Positions 1 to 13,401 of a stretch of 64,000 bases of DNA are shown here, piece by piece; the first letter of the stretch is position 1, and each line of letters starts with the position of its first letter. The notes beneath the pieces are model-generated. The model searched no databases, was not told the DNA's origin, and worked only from the letters and a program-made list of their open reading frames with translations. The stretch spans positions 29,941,741 through 30,005,740 of the forward strand of contig NC_068988.1 of the NCBI RefSeq assembly GCF_001194135.2. Direction: 5' to 3'. The position numbers and the translations under genes were made by a program. Source of the DNA: Octopus bimaculoides. Its lineage: Eukaryota.

Positions 1-60
<60 letters not shown>

Positions 61-491
61 GTTTGTCAGTTGGCACAGAGCTATCGAGTTACACGAATTC
101 TTTAATAAGCAATCTATATTTATCTTAATCTTCGGCAGACTACCTCTTACTCCTTCCTTGTTTCCAATAGCAACTTACAGTTGGTTTCATACACTAATAT
201 AGATATTTACATACTGTAATTAATATTAACGCATATATAAACACCCGAGGAAGTCCACACACACACACACACACACTTTAATGAGACATGTTTAGTCTAT
301 TTTATATCATGTGATTTTGTGAACAATAGCGTCGCAGAATCAAACTGACATTAATACAGATATATAGTTACAACATAACTTACGTATGTTTATATGTGTG
401 TATGTGTGTGTGTGTGTGTATGTGTGTAATATATATACGTTACATAATATTTATACGTTACATATGTACATATACATTCTTTTATTTTCTT

Positions 492-870
492 GTTTCAGTC
501 ATTTGACTGTGGCCATGCTGGAGTACTACCTTTAGTAGAAGTCGGCCCCAGGACTTATTCTTTGTAAACCTAGTACTTATTCTATCGGTCTCTCTTGCCA
601 AACTGCTAAGTTACGGGGTCCTAAACACACCAGCATCGGTTGTCAAGCGTGGGGGTGGGGACAAACACAGACACACAAATACATATAAACATATATGTGT
701 ATGTGCGTGTATGTGTGTGTGTATGTGTGTATGTATGTGTGTGTGTGTGTGTGCGTGTGTGCGTGCGTGTATACGACAGGCGTCTTTTAGTTTCCGTCTA
801 CCAAATCCACTCACAAAGCTTTAGTTAGCTTGAGGCAATAGAAAGCACTTGCCCAAGGTGCTATGCAGTG
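492..870 (-). mobile_element. tRNA-derived SINE family A (CORE-like), 5' truncated
   Basis: Matches other family-A copies (41670, 46250); carries the reverse complement of the MIR/CORE-like caccttgggcaag motif. Confidence 0.75.
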
Positions 871-884
871 CGTATGTACATATG

Positions 885-918
<34 letters not shown>

Positions 919-953
919 ATGTGTGGATGTGTGTGTGTATGCACATACATATA

Positions 954-1105
954 CAGTGGTGGGCATGGTTCCGCTAATCCGGTAACAGTTAATTAGCGAA
1001 ACTAACTTTCGTTTAGCGGATTAGCGTTTTCGCTAACTTTGGAAACCGTTAGCAGTCCAATTAGCTTCCGCTGAATTTAGTTCCGCTAACTTTAAGTCCG
1101 CTAAC
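954..1105 (+). mobile_element. hAT-like transposon left end with subterminal CGCTAA repeats
   Basis: Starts CAGTGGTGGGCA, followed by about 10 CGCTAA/TTAGCG-like motifs in both orientations; no matching right end seen. Confidence 0.45.
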
Positions 1106-1867
1106 AAAATTCATACGTTTGTTCCTGTCTGTTGTAGGCGAATCTCGAAGAGTCCATCAGGCACGCTATTGGCTAACTAGGTGTGCATGTAACAAGACGC
1201 GATTGGTCGATGCGGCAGCAGCTAGCTGAACAGCATTGTGTAATTCTGCAGTTTTGAGTTGTGTTCACTTACGACGTTGTCACATTACAGTCTTACAGTG
1301 TCGGCGACAGCAGTGTACGTTATCGGTTTATCAAGTTATCAGCTGAATATAAACGAAAGCCACTTAGTAAAAATCCACTATTTTAAGTTAGATTTGTTGT
1401 TGTTGTTGTTGTTGTTTAACTTCGGTTAACCTTTATCGAACAAGTCAACAATCAAGAACATTCCTTCATGATCACATCATCGGTAAATGGATATATAACA
1501 CAACGTTATATAATGGGTCCTTTCTTTTCTCAAGGCACTAAGGTGTGTCCTGAGGAGAGCTGGCTGCTATTTCCAGTAGTCTCTAGCATCAACGAAGAGG
1601 CTACTGGAGGGTTGCGCTGGTAATACTTATACGGGTGGGGGTATAGAATAACCAGACCGATCCCAATATGTGTAAACTCCAGATGACTAAATAGAAGGAA
1701 GACCGGAAGTGCATATGGATGAATGCCAAGTTTTGGTTATGATTAGTTCCTACTGAATGTTGCTTGAAAGAAAATTTCTTTTACCAGACTAACAGCATTC
1801 TCAAAAGGAAGCTGTTCCAAGCATTGTCACAATGCGTGTTGTTTCACGCGGTTCGCCTGGCTAGCGT

Positions 1868-2140
1868 GAAGGCGCGTGGCTTAGTGGTTAGGGCGTTGTA
1901 TTCAAGATCACAGTATCACGGTTTCGATTCCTGGACCGAGCAGTGCGTTTCTCCAGTCAACTCAAATGCAAATAAGTAATCCTACAACAGACAGGTACCC
2001 CTTTCAGGGTGAATGGTGTGATTTCAGTCACTTATACATCATGGAAACCGGGGATGAAAATGCGTGGCTTAGTGGTTAGGACGTTGCACTCGTGATTGTA
2101 AGATTATGGCTACGATTCCTGGACCAGGCAACGCGTTGAC
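1868..2140 (+). mobile_element. Two tRNA-derived SINE heads (family C)
   Basis: gcgtggcttagtggttagg A box plus gtttcgattcc / tacgattcc B-box-like motif, occurring twice. Confidence 0.65.
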
Positions 2141-2144
2141 TTCT

Positions 2145-2500
2145 TTAACCCATTAACTGCCAAATTTTTTATTCATATTTTTTTGACTTTGCCAGGGGTC
2201 TTAGAAGTTAAAATAATATATGGTATTTAAATTTTCTTCATATGTGAATTATTTTGGAAATTATGATAAATTTTGCGAAAAGTTCCAAATGGGGATCGCT
2301 GAAATAAAAAAAAAAAGAAAGCAAATTTATCTTTTTCTATTTAATTGCAATAATAAACATTTTAGTTTTTTAGAAACTATAGTATCAAATGCGAATGTGT
2401 ATGAAATATCAATGAATGATAATAGATGAGAAATGCAAAAAGGAAAAAAGCGTTTTCAAAACAGTCAATATTTTTGTAGTTCAATGACAGACTTTAACAA
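2145..2500. mobile_element. Possible piggyBac-like non-autonomous element end
   Basis: TTAA|CCCATTAACTGCC start followed by an AT-rich body; right end not clear. Confidence 0.35.
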
Positions 2501-2569
2501 CTAAATATTATTAAACACGCCTCTGCAAATGCTATCTACATAAGCCATTCACTTTCAATACAACGAACA

Positions 2570-2775
2570 ACTGGCAGTGAGACTGTTTTGAGCAGATCCC
2601 CAAAAGGGGCTCGTGACAGTGTTAACAAAACACTTCATTCCATGTTGCTCCAGTCCACTCAGCTAACAACAACGAGTAACCGTGCAACGGACTAGCGTCC
2701 CATCCAGGAGGGGAATATATACACCACGGAAACCGAGAAACCGGTGCTATGAGTTTATATGACTTCGGAAGGATC
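2570..2775 (+). mobile_element. Degenerate SINE with a V-domain-like core
   Basis: gagtaaccgtgcaacggactagcgtcccatccagg resembles the core of the intact copy at 49823-50132. Confidence 0.55.
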
Positions 2776-3241
2776 TTTAGCTTGTCTATCCTATCCATGG
2801 AAACCGGATAAGCAGAGTCAAGACCATAATGTCTAGGGGGGCATTATGTGGGTTCGCATTAAACCTGCATCGTTGTATTCTCACTCGCAAGAGAATAATG
2901 TCTTTGTGCGCCACTTCATTTTGGAATTTGGCAAAAAGCAAAAACTATTGAAAAGGTTGCAAGACGTAATGAAAATTTTTGAAAAATAAAAAAGAAGTGG
3001 AAATTTTACCGATGCGTGAGTTAAATTATAAGGCACTAAAAGAGAATGACTCTACCCAGACACAACAAAAATAATTCGACTAAAATTCTCAAAGAGCCAC
3101 AATTACAAAATGGCCGTCAAAGACGCGTAAACTGATGGCAATTCGACAAACCATCGAACATATGTGTGTGAGAGAGAGAGAGGGGAGAGAGAGAGGGGAG
3201 AGAGAAAGAAAGAAGAAAAGACAGACAGACACTGACAAATT

Positions 3242-3280
<39 letters not shown>

Positions 3281-4394
3281 NNNNNNNNNNNNNNNNNNNN
3301 NNNNNNNNNNNNNNNNNNNNNNNNNNNNNNNNNNNNNNNNNNNNNNNNNNNNNNNNNNNNNNNNNNNNNNNNNNNNNNNNNNNNNNNNNNNNNNNNNNNN
3401 NNNNNNNNNNNNNNNNNNNNNNNNNNNNNNNNNNNNNNNNNNNNNNNNNNNNNNNNNNNNNNNNNNNNNNNNNNNNNNNNNNNNNNNNNNNNNNNNNNNN
3501 NNNNNNNNNNNNNNNNNNNNNNNNNNNNNNNNNNNNNNNNNNNNNNNNNNNNNNNNNNNNNNNNNNNNNNNNNNNNNNNNNNNNNNNNNNNNNNNNNNNN
3601 NNNNNNNNNNNNNNNNNNNNNNNNNNNNNNNNNNNNNNNNNNNNNNNNNNNNNNNNNNNNNNNNNNNNNNNNNNNNNNNNNNNNNNNNNNNNNNNNNNNN
3701 NNNNNNNNNNNNNNNNNNNNNNNNNNNNNNNNNNNNNNNNNNNNNNNNNNNNNNNNNNNNNNNNNNNNNNNNNNNNNNNNNNNNNNNNNNNNNNNNNNNN
3801 NNNNNNNNNNNNNNNNNNNNNNNNNNNNNNNNNNNNNNNNNNNNNNNNNNNNNNNNNNNNNNNNNNNNNNNNNNNNNNNNNNNNNNNNNNNNNNNNNNNN
3901 NNNNNNNNNNNNNNNNNNNNNGGGGGAGAGAGAGACAGACAGACAGAGACAGAGAGAGATTCTGTATGTCTTTGTGATCAGGGATAAAAATATATCTGAC
4001 ACAAATTTTCAAAATTTGTGTCAGATATAATTTTAAAAATTACGTAAATAAATTATTTATAAGAAGTCCTGAGTCTTGCAGCGGGGATAAGACTATAATT
4101 AGTGTAACATCATTAGCAACAACAGCCGAATATTATTGTACAATTTGGCAAGGTTCCTACCTTTGTAGAGGTGCAAAATTTTAGCGCTCACCTATTAAAT
4201 CAGAAGTTGCTAATTTCACTTTCAGGAGTCTGTACAAATTATATCATGCAATAGAAATTTATATTAGGTCAAGAGGTCATCAACTGACCGAGGTACACCA
4301 AAACCCAAGTAGCAGAGTGAGCAGAGATGACAACCACAGGACTTTTTTTACTTAATATATGAGATAGATAGATAGATAGATAGATAGTATATAA

Positions 4395-4445
<51 letters not shown>

Positions 4446-4453
<8 letters not shown>

Positions 4454-4880
4454 CATTTCTTTTATTAGCCACACAGGGCTCAACAAAGATGGGACAAATA
4501 CAATGTAGAGCTTTTCTTTTTGGGGGGGGAAGGGAAANNNNNNNNNNNNNNNNNNNNNNNNNNNNNNNNNNNNNNNNNNNNNNNNNNNNNNNNNNNNNNN
4601 NNNNNNNNNNNNNNNNNNNNNNNNNNNNNNNNNNNNNNNNNNNNNNNNNNNNNNNNNNNNNNNNNNNNNNNNNNNNNNNNNNNNNNNNNNNNNNNNNNNN
4701 NNNNNNNNNNNNNNNNNNNNNNNNNNNNNNNNNNNNNNNNNNNNNNNNNNNNNNNNNNNNNNNNNNNNNTAGCGATCAATAGGGATCGTGTTCTCGTGTA
4801 AAAAGGGGAGGACAGTTTAGGTTTAGCCGTGGAAAGAAAAACCTACGGAAAAGACCACGGTAACCTTGGTCAATATTGTC
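4446..4880 (-). mobile_element. Probable LINE 3' end (interrupted by an N gap)
   Basis: Tail tttctttattagccacacagggctcaacaaagatgggacaaa is homologous to the family-B SINE tail at 5950-6000, but the upstream body differs. Confidence 0.4.
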
Positions 4881-5022
4881 ATTGTTATTGAAGAAACTAT
4901 AACAGTAAGTGACTCTCTTTTGCCTTTTTGTTTCTTTTCTGGATTTTTTTTACTCCTTTATAGTGTTATGCTCAAGGTGGCTCCGTCATTCACACGTGCC
5001 ATCCTTGCTACATTCACCCGAG

Positions 5023-5089
<67 letters not shown>

Positions 5090-5762
5090 CTGAGATGAGC
5101 AAGAGAGAGAGTCGTGGAATGGTAAAATCGGCAGACCGACCAACGGACAAAATTCCTTACAGTATTTAGTTGTCTCTCATACCCGTGGTGGACTTTCCAT
5201 CATTTCTGCCAGCTACACAAGAAATGAACCAGAGGTCAGAATAAGCGATCTTTCTTTCCCACCAAAATATTTGTGGCCTTCTGCCTATGCTATAAACGCT
5301 GTTATGCACACAGATGGTTCAATGGCAACGCAGATGTTTGTTTAAACTAGTTTATATATTTGTGTAAAAGCCAAAAACTAAAATATGAATGTCGACGTAA
5401 GCACAACAATTCGTCAATATAATTAGAATTTTTGTAATGTAGCCCCAGGGAATAAATGATAAGTTCTTGATGAGCTGATTCTAAAGAACTGTTTCTATAA
5501 CTAGTTGAATCTATTTCAGGGCGGTGGTTTGGTTGAATCGTTAGAGTGAAGAACATTATTATTAGTTATGGTCAAGCCCTCTTTTTAAAATTACACCGAG
5601 GTTAACTGTGGTTGCGTTTGATAAAATAGAATTCCATTCAAAAATTCGGTTTATATTCTTTAAATATAAGTTTGAAAGCTGAGTCAACGGAGAGGGGTTA
5701 CAATTAGATGAAATCTCCAAGGGGTTTAAATGCACAATGGGTCTCCGATATTCAAGCGGCTA

Positions 5763-6112
5763 AGGGTGGCAAGCTGGCAGAATCGTTAGCACGCCGGGCG
5801 AAATGCTTAGCGGTATTTCGTCTGCCGCTACGTTCTGAGTTCAAATTCCGCCGAGGTCGACTTTGCCTTTCATCCTTCCGGGGTCGATAAATTAAGTACT
5901 AGTTACGCACTGTAGCCGATATAATCGACTTAATCCGTTTGTCTGTCCTTGTCTGTCCCCTCTGTGTGCAGCCCCTTGTGGGCAATAACGAAATAAGAAA
6001 CGTTAGCACGCCGAGCGAAATGCTTAGCGGTATTTCTTCTTGTTCTTTCAGTTCTGAGTTCAAATCCCGACGAAGTCAATTTTGCCTTTCATTTCTTCGA
6101 GATCGAAAGAAT
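5763..6112 (+). mobile_element. tRNA-derived SINE family B, full unit plus partial tandem unit
   Basis: A box tggcagaatcgtt and B box gagttcaaattcc; second unit restarts at 6001. Confidence 0.8.
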
Positions 6113-7194
6113 NNNNNNNNNNNNNNNNNNNNNNNNNNNNNNNNNNNNNNNNNNNNNNNNNNNNNNNNNNNNNNNNNNNNNNNNNNNNNNNNNNNNNNNN
6201 NNNNNNNNNNNNNNNNNNNNNNNNNNNNNNNNNNNNNNNNNNNNNNNNNNNNNNNNNNNNNNNNNNNNNNNNNNNNNNNNNNNNNNNNNNNNNNNNNNNN
6301 NNNNNNNNNNNNNNNNNNNNNNNNNNNNNNNNNNNNNNNNNNNNNNNNNNNNNNNNNNNNNNNNNNNNNNNNNNNNNNNNNNNNNNNNNNNNNNNNNNNN
6401 NNNNNNNNNNNNNNNNNNNNNNNNNNNNNNNNNNNNNNNNNNNNNNNNNNNNNNNNNNNNNNNNNNNNNNNNNNNNNNNNNNNNNNNNNNNNNNNNNNNN
6501 NNNNNNNNNNNNNNNNNNNNNNNNNNNNNNNNNNNNNNNNNNNNNNNNNNNNNNNNNNNNNNNNNNNNNNNNNNNNNNNNNNNNNNNNNNNNNNNNNNNN
6601 NNNNNNNNNNNNNNNNNNNNNNNNNNNNNNGGTGGCGGCGATGGTAATGATAGTGGTGGTGGTAGTAGTAGTAGCAGCAGCAGCGACGGCGATAGTGATG
6701 ATGATGATGATGGTGATGATAGTGGTGGTGGTGGTAGTAGTGGTGGTAGTAGTGGTGATAGTAGTGGTGGTGGTGGTGGTGGTGATGTAAGCTAATGGGA
6801 CAGTGTAGGGAAGATGAATCATATTATTTAAAAGAAAGGAAAGAAAAAACTGAAAACCAATGAGACAACGAAAAATGGAACTGGAATCTTTTGGATTGAT
6901 GGCGATCTGCCACAGAGTGCCAAACCATTAATCAAAAGTAGTAGACAGCTGTCCCCAAGTATCCCATATGTGTCTCTAGAAAAGAAACCAAAGTTAGAAG
7001 GGTGCACTTTGAATTGAAGAGGAAGGGAATAAGAAGAAGAACATTACAAAAAACAAGAAATGATGAACGAAGAATAAAAAGAAATTAATAAAATTTTACT
7101 TGGTTTTTTTTTTTGTATTTGGTTGGCAAGATTCTTGATGTGAATTCGTGTGTTGAAACAAATCTTGCGTTTTGGTGGGGTTATTACGCCAAGA

Positions 7195-7411
7195 ATAATC
7201 CTTTCTTCTAAAGGCACAAGGCCTGACATTTTGTGGGAGGGAGCTAGTCGATTACATCAACTCCAGTGTTTCACAGGTACTTAAGTTATCGACCCTGAAA
7301 GGATAAAAAGCAAAGTCGACCTCAGCGGAATTTGAACTCAGAACGGAAAGACGGACGAAATGCCACTAAGCACTTTATCCAACATGCTCACGATTCTGCC
7401 AGCTCATCGCC
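7195..7411 (-). mobile_element. SINE family B
   Basis: Reverse complement of the family-B head and body (aaagtcgacctcagcggaatttgaactc). Confidence 0.75.
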
Positions 7412-8939
7412 TTTTTGGGGCCAAGAATAATAACATGCTCAAGTTCAATTCTTTATTATTGGTCAATTCTTTATTATTGGTCAATTGGTTAAATATCTAT
7501 CCAACTAATTGGTTGTTTGTTTGACTTGTTAGTTAAACAGTTAATCGTTGTTGTTTGTTTGTTTATTTGCTTTTCGTCAAAGTTCTTCCGTTGCCATTCA
7601 CAACCTTTTCAGTGACCGTGACTTCCCAACTCATTTCGAAAGCTGCTATTGCCCGCCTGAGATCTGGTCTGTCTGTGTGTATGAATGCTTCTATGTGTGN
7701 NNNNNNNNNNNNNNNNNNNNNNNNNNNNNNNNNNNNNNNNNNNNNNNNNNNNNNNNNNNNNNNNNNNNNNNNNNNNNNNNNNNNNNNNNNNNNNNNNNNN
7801 NNNNNNNNNNNNNNNNNNNNNNNNNNNNNNNNNNNNNNNNNNNNNNNNNNNNNNNNNNNNNNNNNNNNNNNNNNNNNNNNNNNNNNNNNNNNNNNNNNNN
7901 NNNNNNNNNNNNNNNNNNNNNNNNNNNNNNNNNNNNNNNNNNNNNNNNNNNNNNNNNNNNNNNNNNNNNNNNNNNNNNNNNNNNNNNNNNNNGATTTTTT
8001 CCAAATTCACTTTCATTAAGAAATTGTTTGAAGAATTTACAGAAAAAAGTTTTATTTTAAATATGAATGACGTAGTTTCTTCGAGTTTCAGATTTTATTT
8101 TTATGTGTGTAAATATAATTTTATTCATTGAAAGGTGATGAGTTATAACAAGAGTTATAACCTTTACATTCTCGATTCAAACCCGTCTGGTCTTGGGTTT
8201 ATTACCATTTTTTTTCTTTTTCTTTTTTTTTTTTTTTTCGAACTTAAAATTGATACATAACGGCTACTCAAGTTTCATCGAGTTATATTTTGGCTGCATT
8301 CATCCAGAATGCAATTTGGGGACTACGTTCCCATTCGCCGGGCCAAGAGTGGAGTTGGTGAGATGGAAATTGTGCAGAAGCCTGTTGTATGCACGATGGA
8401 TAACCTAGTAATATTTTGCCCAGTCTTTCTTTGTACAGAGTTCAAATCCTGCTGTGATTGTTTTGCATTCCATTTCTGTGGTGTTAATAAAATAAGTACC
8501 AGTAATATGTTGTGATATATATTGGTATTATCATCTCTGCACTCCTCCTCTTACTAGGCGATCATTTGCGACCATTGTTGAGTATTGGCGAGCAATGGCG
8601 AACATTGGAGGGTAATGGCGAGCATTCTGCTCAAAACTCACAATTTTAGACAGTTGTGTTAAACAGAGATGAGGAGACATAATCGAACAGCGGTTTCGGT
8701 TTATCGATAGTTTATCACAATTCTAGGGCCCTCGACTTGCTCGAAATCGTAGTCACGGTTCTCTCAAGTTATTTGCTTGTCTTTAAAAAAAACAGAAAGG
8801 TTATCTTAGAAGGTGGGATGGCCATGGCTAAATTACGTCTTACTTAGGGTTGACCAGGATCTAAACTATAACCACATTAGAATCAACTCTCAGTATAAAA
8901 CTAATTGGATTAATTTTTTTTGAATTACAAATAAACAAG

Positions 8940-9720
8940 ACAGCGAGCTGGCAGAATTGTTGGCGCGTCGAACAAAATACTTGGTATTTCTTCCGTTTTT
9001 TTTTTTTTACGTTCTGGATTCAAATGCTGCCGAGTTCGACTTTATCTTTCGTCCATTCGGGGTCCTTAAAGTAAGTACCGGTTGAGTAGTGGAGTCAATG
9101 TAATCAACTAGATCCCTTCCCGCAAATTTCGAACCTCGTGCCTATAGGAGAAAGAATCATCATCGTCGTCGTCATCATCATCATCATCATCATCATTATC
9201 ATATTTATTATCATTATTAATTGCTGTTGTTTTTATTAAGGCGGCGAGTTGGCAGAATCGTTAGCATGCTGAACGAAATGCTTAGCAGTATTTCGCCCGT
9301 CGCTACGTTCTGAGTTCAAATTCCGTTGAGGTCGACTTTGCCTTTCATCCTCTCGGGATCGATGAATTAAGTACCAGTCAAGTACTGGGGTCGATGTTCA
9401 CGTCTCACCCTTCCTCCAAAATGTCAGGCCTTGTGCCTACAGTAGAAAGGATTATTATTATTATCATTATTATTATTAGTAGTAGTAGTATCCGAATAAA
9501 GGTGGTGAGCTGGCAGAATTGTTGGCGCATCGGGCAAAAACGCTTTGTTGCGTTTCTTCCAGCCCCTTACGTCCTAAGTTCAAATGCCACCGAGGTCGAC
9601 TTAGTCTTTCGCCCTTTCAGTGTCGATAAAATAAGTACCAGAGGAGCACAGAGGTCGAAATAATCGACTTCCCTCTCCCATCAACATTGCTAGCCTCATA
9701 CCAAAAATTAGGAAGAAATA
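8940..9720 (+). mobile_element. Three head-to-tail SINE family B copies
   Basis: Heads at about 8940, 9238 and 9499, separated by (CAT)n/(ATT)n tails. Confidence 0.8.
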
Positions 9721-11109
9721 TACATTAGAAATTAGACGCAATTTACCACAAGCCTCAGTCGTTGCAATGGCAGCGTTCTCTCAAATAGTCACTGAAATGA
9801 CGCTGCATGGTGCACTTATCAAGTGCTTTCTGCCTCACTACACATTATCCTCACTCTGGTAAATATTTAATCATTCCTCTCAATAGACTGAATTGTACAA
9901 ACACTGGCAACTCAGTTTCCATAAAACAAAAAAACGGACAATTAAAAAAATTGACTGAGAAAATAAAAGACCTTTGATCGATTGTTTGACTGGATATTTC
10001 AAACAAGGTCTTCATTGGTTTATTAACGAAATGCTAGCAAGATGACGCATCCTGGAATGGGGTGAGGGTTGATAATTCGTATTTGAGTTAGTTCTGAATA
10101 TAATGAAAGGACTTACCTCACTGGTTGGAAATTGTATATAATAAGGAAGTAGAGAAGTTGTTGTCGAAACATGTACACGAGAGGATATGAGTGAGGAAAG
10201 CGGGATTTATAGATTCTCATAAAAAAAAAAGAGAAACAGATGGCTGCCATATTGGAAAGCAAGGGAAAAAACAGAACAGTGCTGTTAAGTCAGAGAAAAA
10301 AATTATATATTAGTGCTTTAGTAAATAAAATTCACTGAAATTGGTAGGAAATATAAGAGTTAATCAATATTAGTGAAAAATATTACAGAATGAACGTTCT
10401 AATAAAAAAAATGCGAATGGATGTTAATGGATGATGTAATAAGTGCCTATACTTTTTACTAAAAATGGAGAATAATGTTGTTGTTCGGCCTCGTGCCAGC
10501 TCTGATTGAACAGATCTATGAACAATGGCGTTCCAACTGTGACCATCCAGTCTTTTAGTTTGGGTGGTGGGGTTGTAGATATAATGGATCGTCTAGGTTT
10601 ACATTACAATGTTATCTTTCGTGTATAATGTACCAAAGGACTACGTTGTGTAGGTGTTTTCTAAAACCCTGCACGAAGGGAAGGATTTTGGCAAAATAAT
10701 GAAGGTTATAGGAAATAAGCGTAAAGTTTTCTCGGAATTCTACCCCAAGCATGGAGCCATTACTTCACATGATACCACCATTGGTGGTGCGAATACTCTA
10801 TCGATAAAAATGTAATTGTAAGCGTTACACGCAATCGAATTTGACATGATAATCTGTACCTACCTACCTACCTGCATCCAATCCTGCCTTCTGTCTTCCG
10901 TCACTCACAAACACGACTCGGAGATACTTTTACTTCTTCACTTGTCTCAGTAATGTTCCACTAACATGTAGAGAAGATGATTCCGTCAATTATTTTATAT
11001 GTCCATGCAGTTGCGACCAGATATAAGCAGCAACTCGGCTCTCATGCAGTTGACCCAGAAGAGCATTCAGGAACTTGCACCTGGAGACGAGCGAGGCCGT
11101 TGCACAAGT

Positions 11110-11232
11110 AACTTTGAATGACAAAGTTAACCTCGGTCGAACTTGGACTCTGATCATTGAGAGCTGGAACAAATATCGCAACGGCTTCTCGGCGATGCTC
11201 TAACGATTTCACCAATAAACCACCATACTGTA
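11110..11232 (-). mobile_element. Diverged SINE family B head
   Basis: The minus strand reads ggtggtttattggtgaaatcgttagagc...gagtccaagttcgaccgaggttaactttgtcattca. Confidence 0.5.
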
Positions 11233-12224
11233 ATACAATATCAATTGTCACAAAACTCTGTGAATTAACCGAACCGAAATAAAAGACCTCAAGATACCAT
11301 ATTAGAGTATAAAGATTTATTTCAGCCGATCCAATGTTTTGTTACTATATAAATGTATGTGTGTGTGCACGTGCGTGCGCTCTTATATATATATGTATGT
11401 ATACATGTATGTATGTATGTATGTATGTATGTATGTATGTATGTATGTATGTATATATATATGTATGTATGCATGTATGCATGTATGTATGTATGTATGT
11501 ATGTATGTATGCGTATAAGTTTCGGCCAGAATTGGCCCAGGCCATGTCTAACTTAATAGCACCNNNNNNNNNNNNNNNNNNNNNNNNNNNNNNNNNNNNN
11601 NNNNNNNNNNNNNNNNNNNNNNNNNNNNNNNNNNNNNNNNNNNNNNNNNNNNNNNNNNNNNNNNNNNNNNNNNNNNNNNNNNNNNNNNNNNNNNNNNNNN
11701 NNNNNNNNNNNNNNNNNNNNNNNNNNNNNNNNNNNNNNNNNNNNNNNNNNNNNNNNNNNNNNNNNNNNNNNNNNNNNNNNNNNNNNNNNNNNNNNNNNNN
11801 NNNNNNNNNNNNNNNNNNNNNNNNNNNNNNNNNNNNNNNNNNNNNNNNNNNNNNNNNNNNNNNNNNNNNNNNNNNNNNGGTGGTGGTGGTGGTGATAGTT
11901 ATGCTGCTGAATACTATGGCGTTAGCACTGGAAGTAGTGTTCAACAGTGTTTATGGCTTGTTATGATCGATAGGTTATTGAGTGGAGAACGACAATATCT
12001 CCGTTGGAGGTTATAATTGGCCACTAACGAACTTATTGATGGCCTTGCAAGCAGCATGAACAGCTTTTAAACGTTTGCATTTGTATTGAGATTTCTTCTT
12101 TAAAATAGCCCTTCCCCACCTGATTTGTTTGATGCGTATCAATGTATGTATGTATGTATGTCAGTTTGTATGTATGTATGTATGTATGTATGTATGTATG
12201 TGTTTACAAATTACACAGGTTTTA

Positions 12225-12885
12225 ACTTATAATGATAATGAAGAAAAATTGTTGTATACAATGCTCAGGTGCACTACAACTAAAAAATAAGGGGGCGGCT
12301 TCAGGTGTACTGTTGGCGGATTTCAGGAAGCATAGAAGTTTTGAAGGATGTAGTGTCTCGACAGCTAACAAGTGATGTGGGTAGTTTATTCCATGCTTCA
12401 GCAATTCTGAGCGTGAAAAAATGTTTCCGACAGTCATGGGTGCTGTGTTGTTTTTTGATTTTATAAACATGTTCATGAATGTTTGACATGGAATTCAAAA
12501 AGGTACCCAAGGTTGTTGTAGGAAAGATTGTGGATTATCTTGTGACTGTCGACCGAGTCGGTTGCCAGACGTCTGAGCTTCAATGTATCCATCTCCAGGG
12601 AAGCAAGACGTTCAGAGTATGGTAGATGTCTGACGGCAGGTATTCATTTTGTTGCACATTTCTGAACAGTTTCCAAGAGATTTATATGCTGAGCAAGATA
12701 AGAGTTCCAGACCGGTGATGCAAATTCCAAGTGTGGACGACGTACCATTGTCGTATACAATTTTAAATAGAGAGCTGGACAGTGGCTGACAAAGGTCTTA
12801 GTGAGTGATGCCAAGACACCCTCAGCTTTCTTGACAATCTTAGAGATATGGTTTGTCCAACACAGATCATTGTTTACGATCGTCT
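12225..12885 (-). mobile_element. 5'-truncated CR1/L2-group LINE (RT C-terminus and 3' UTR), pseudogenised
   Basis: Minus strand translates to IVNNDLCWTNHISKIVKKAEGVL...LYTTMVRRPHLEFASPVWN...LETVQKCATK and FFTLRIAEAWNKLP...TSFK, typical CR1 ORF2 end motifs; contains stops and frameshifts. Confidence 0.85.
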
Positions 12886-13344
12886 TGCGTTATTTTTGCT
12901 GTTCCACTTACAGATCGTGTTTGTAATGTACGTTGTGTTTGTGTGTGTGTGTGTGTGTNNNNNNNNNNNNNNNNNNNNNNNNNNNNNNNNNNNNNNNNNN
13001 NNNNNNNNNNNNNNNNNNNNNNNNNNNNNNNNNNNNNNNNNNNNNNNNNNNNNNNNNNNNNNNNNNNNNNNNNNNNNNNNNNNNNNNNNNNNNNNNNNNN
13101 NNNNNNNNNNNNNNNNNNNNNNNNNNNNNNNNNNNNNNNNNNNNNNNNNNNNNNNNNNNNNNNNNNNNNNNNNNNNNNNNNNNNNNNNNNNNNNNNNNNN
13201 NNNNNNNNNNNNNNNNNNNNNNNNNNNNNNNNNNNNNNNNNNNNNNNNNNNNNNNNNNNNNNNNNNNNNNNNNNNNNNNNNNNNNNNNNNNNNNNNNNNN
13301 NNNNNNNNNNNNNNNNNNNNNNNNNNNNNNNNNNNNNNNNNNNN

Positions 13345-13401
<57 letters not shown>

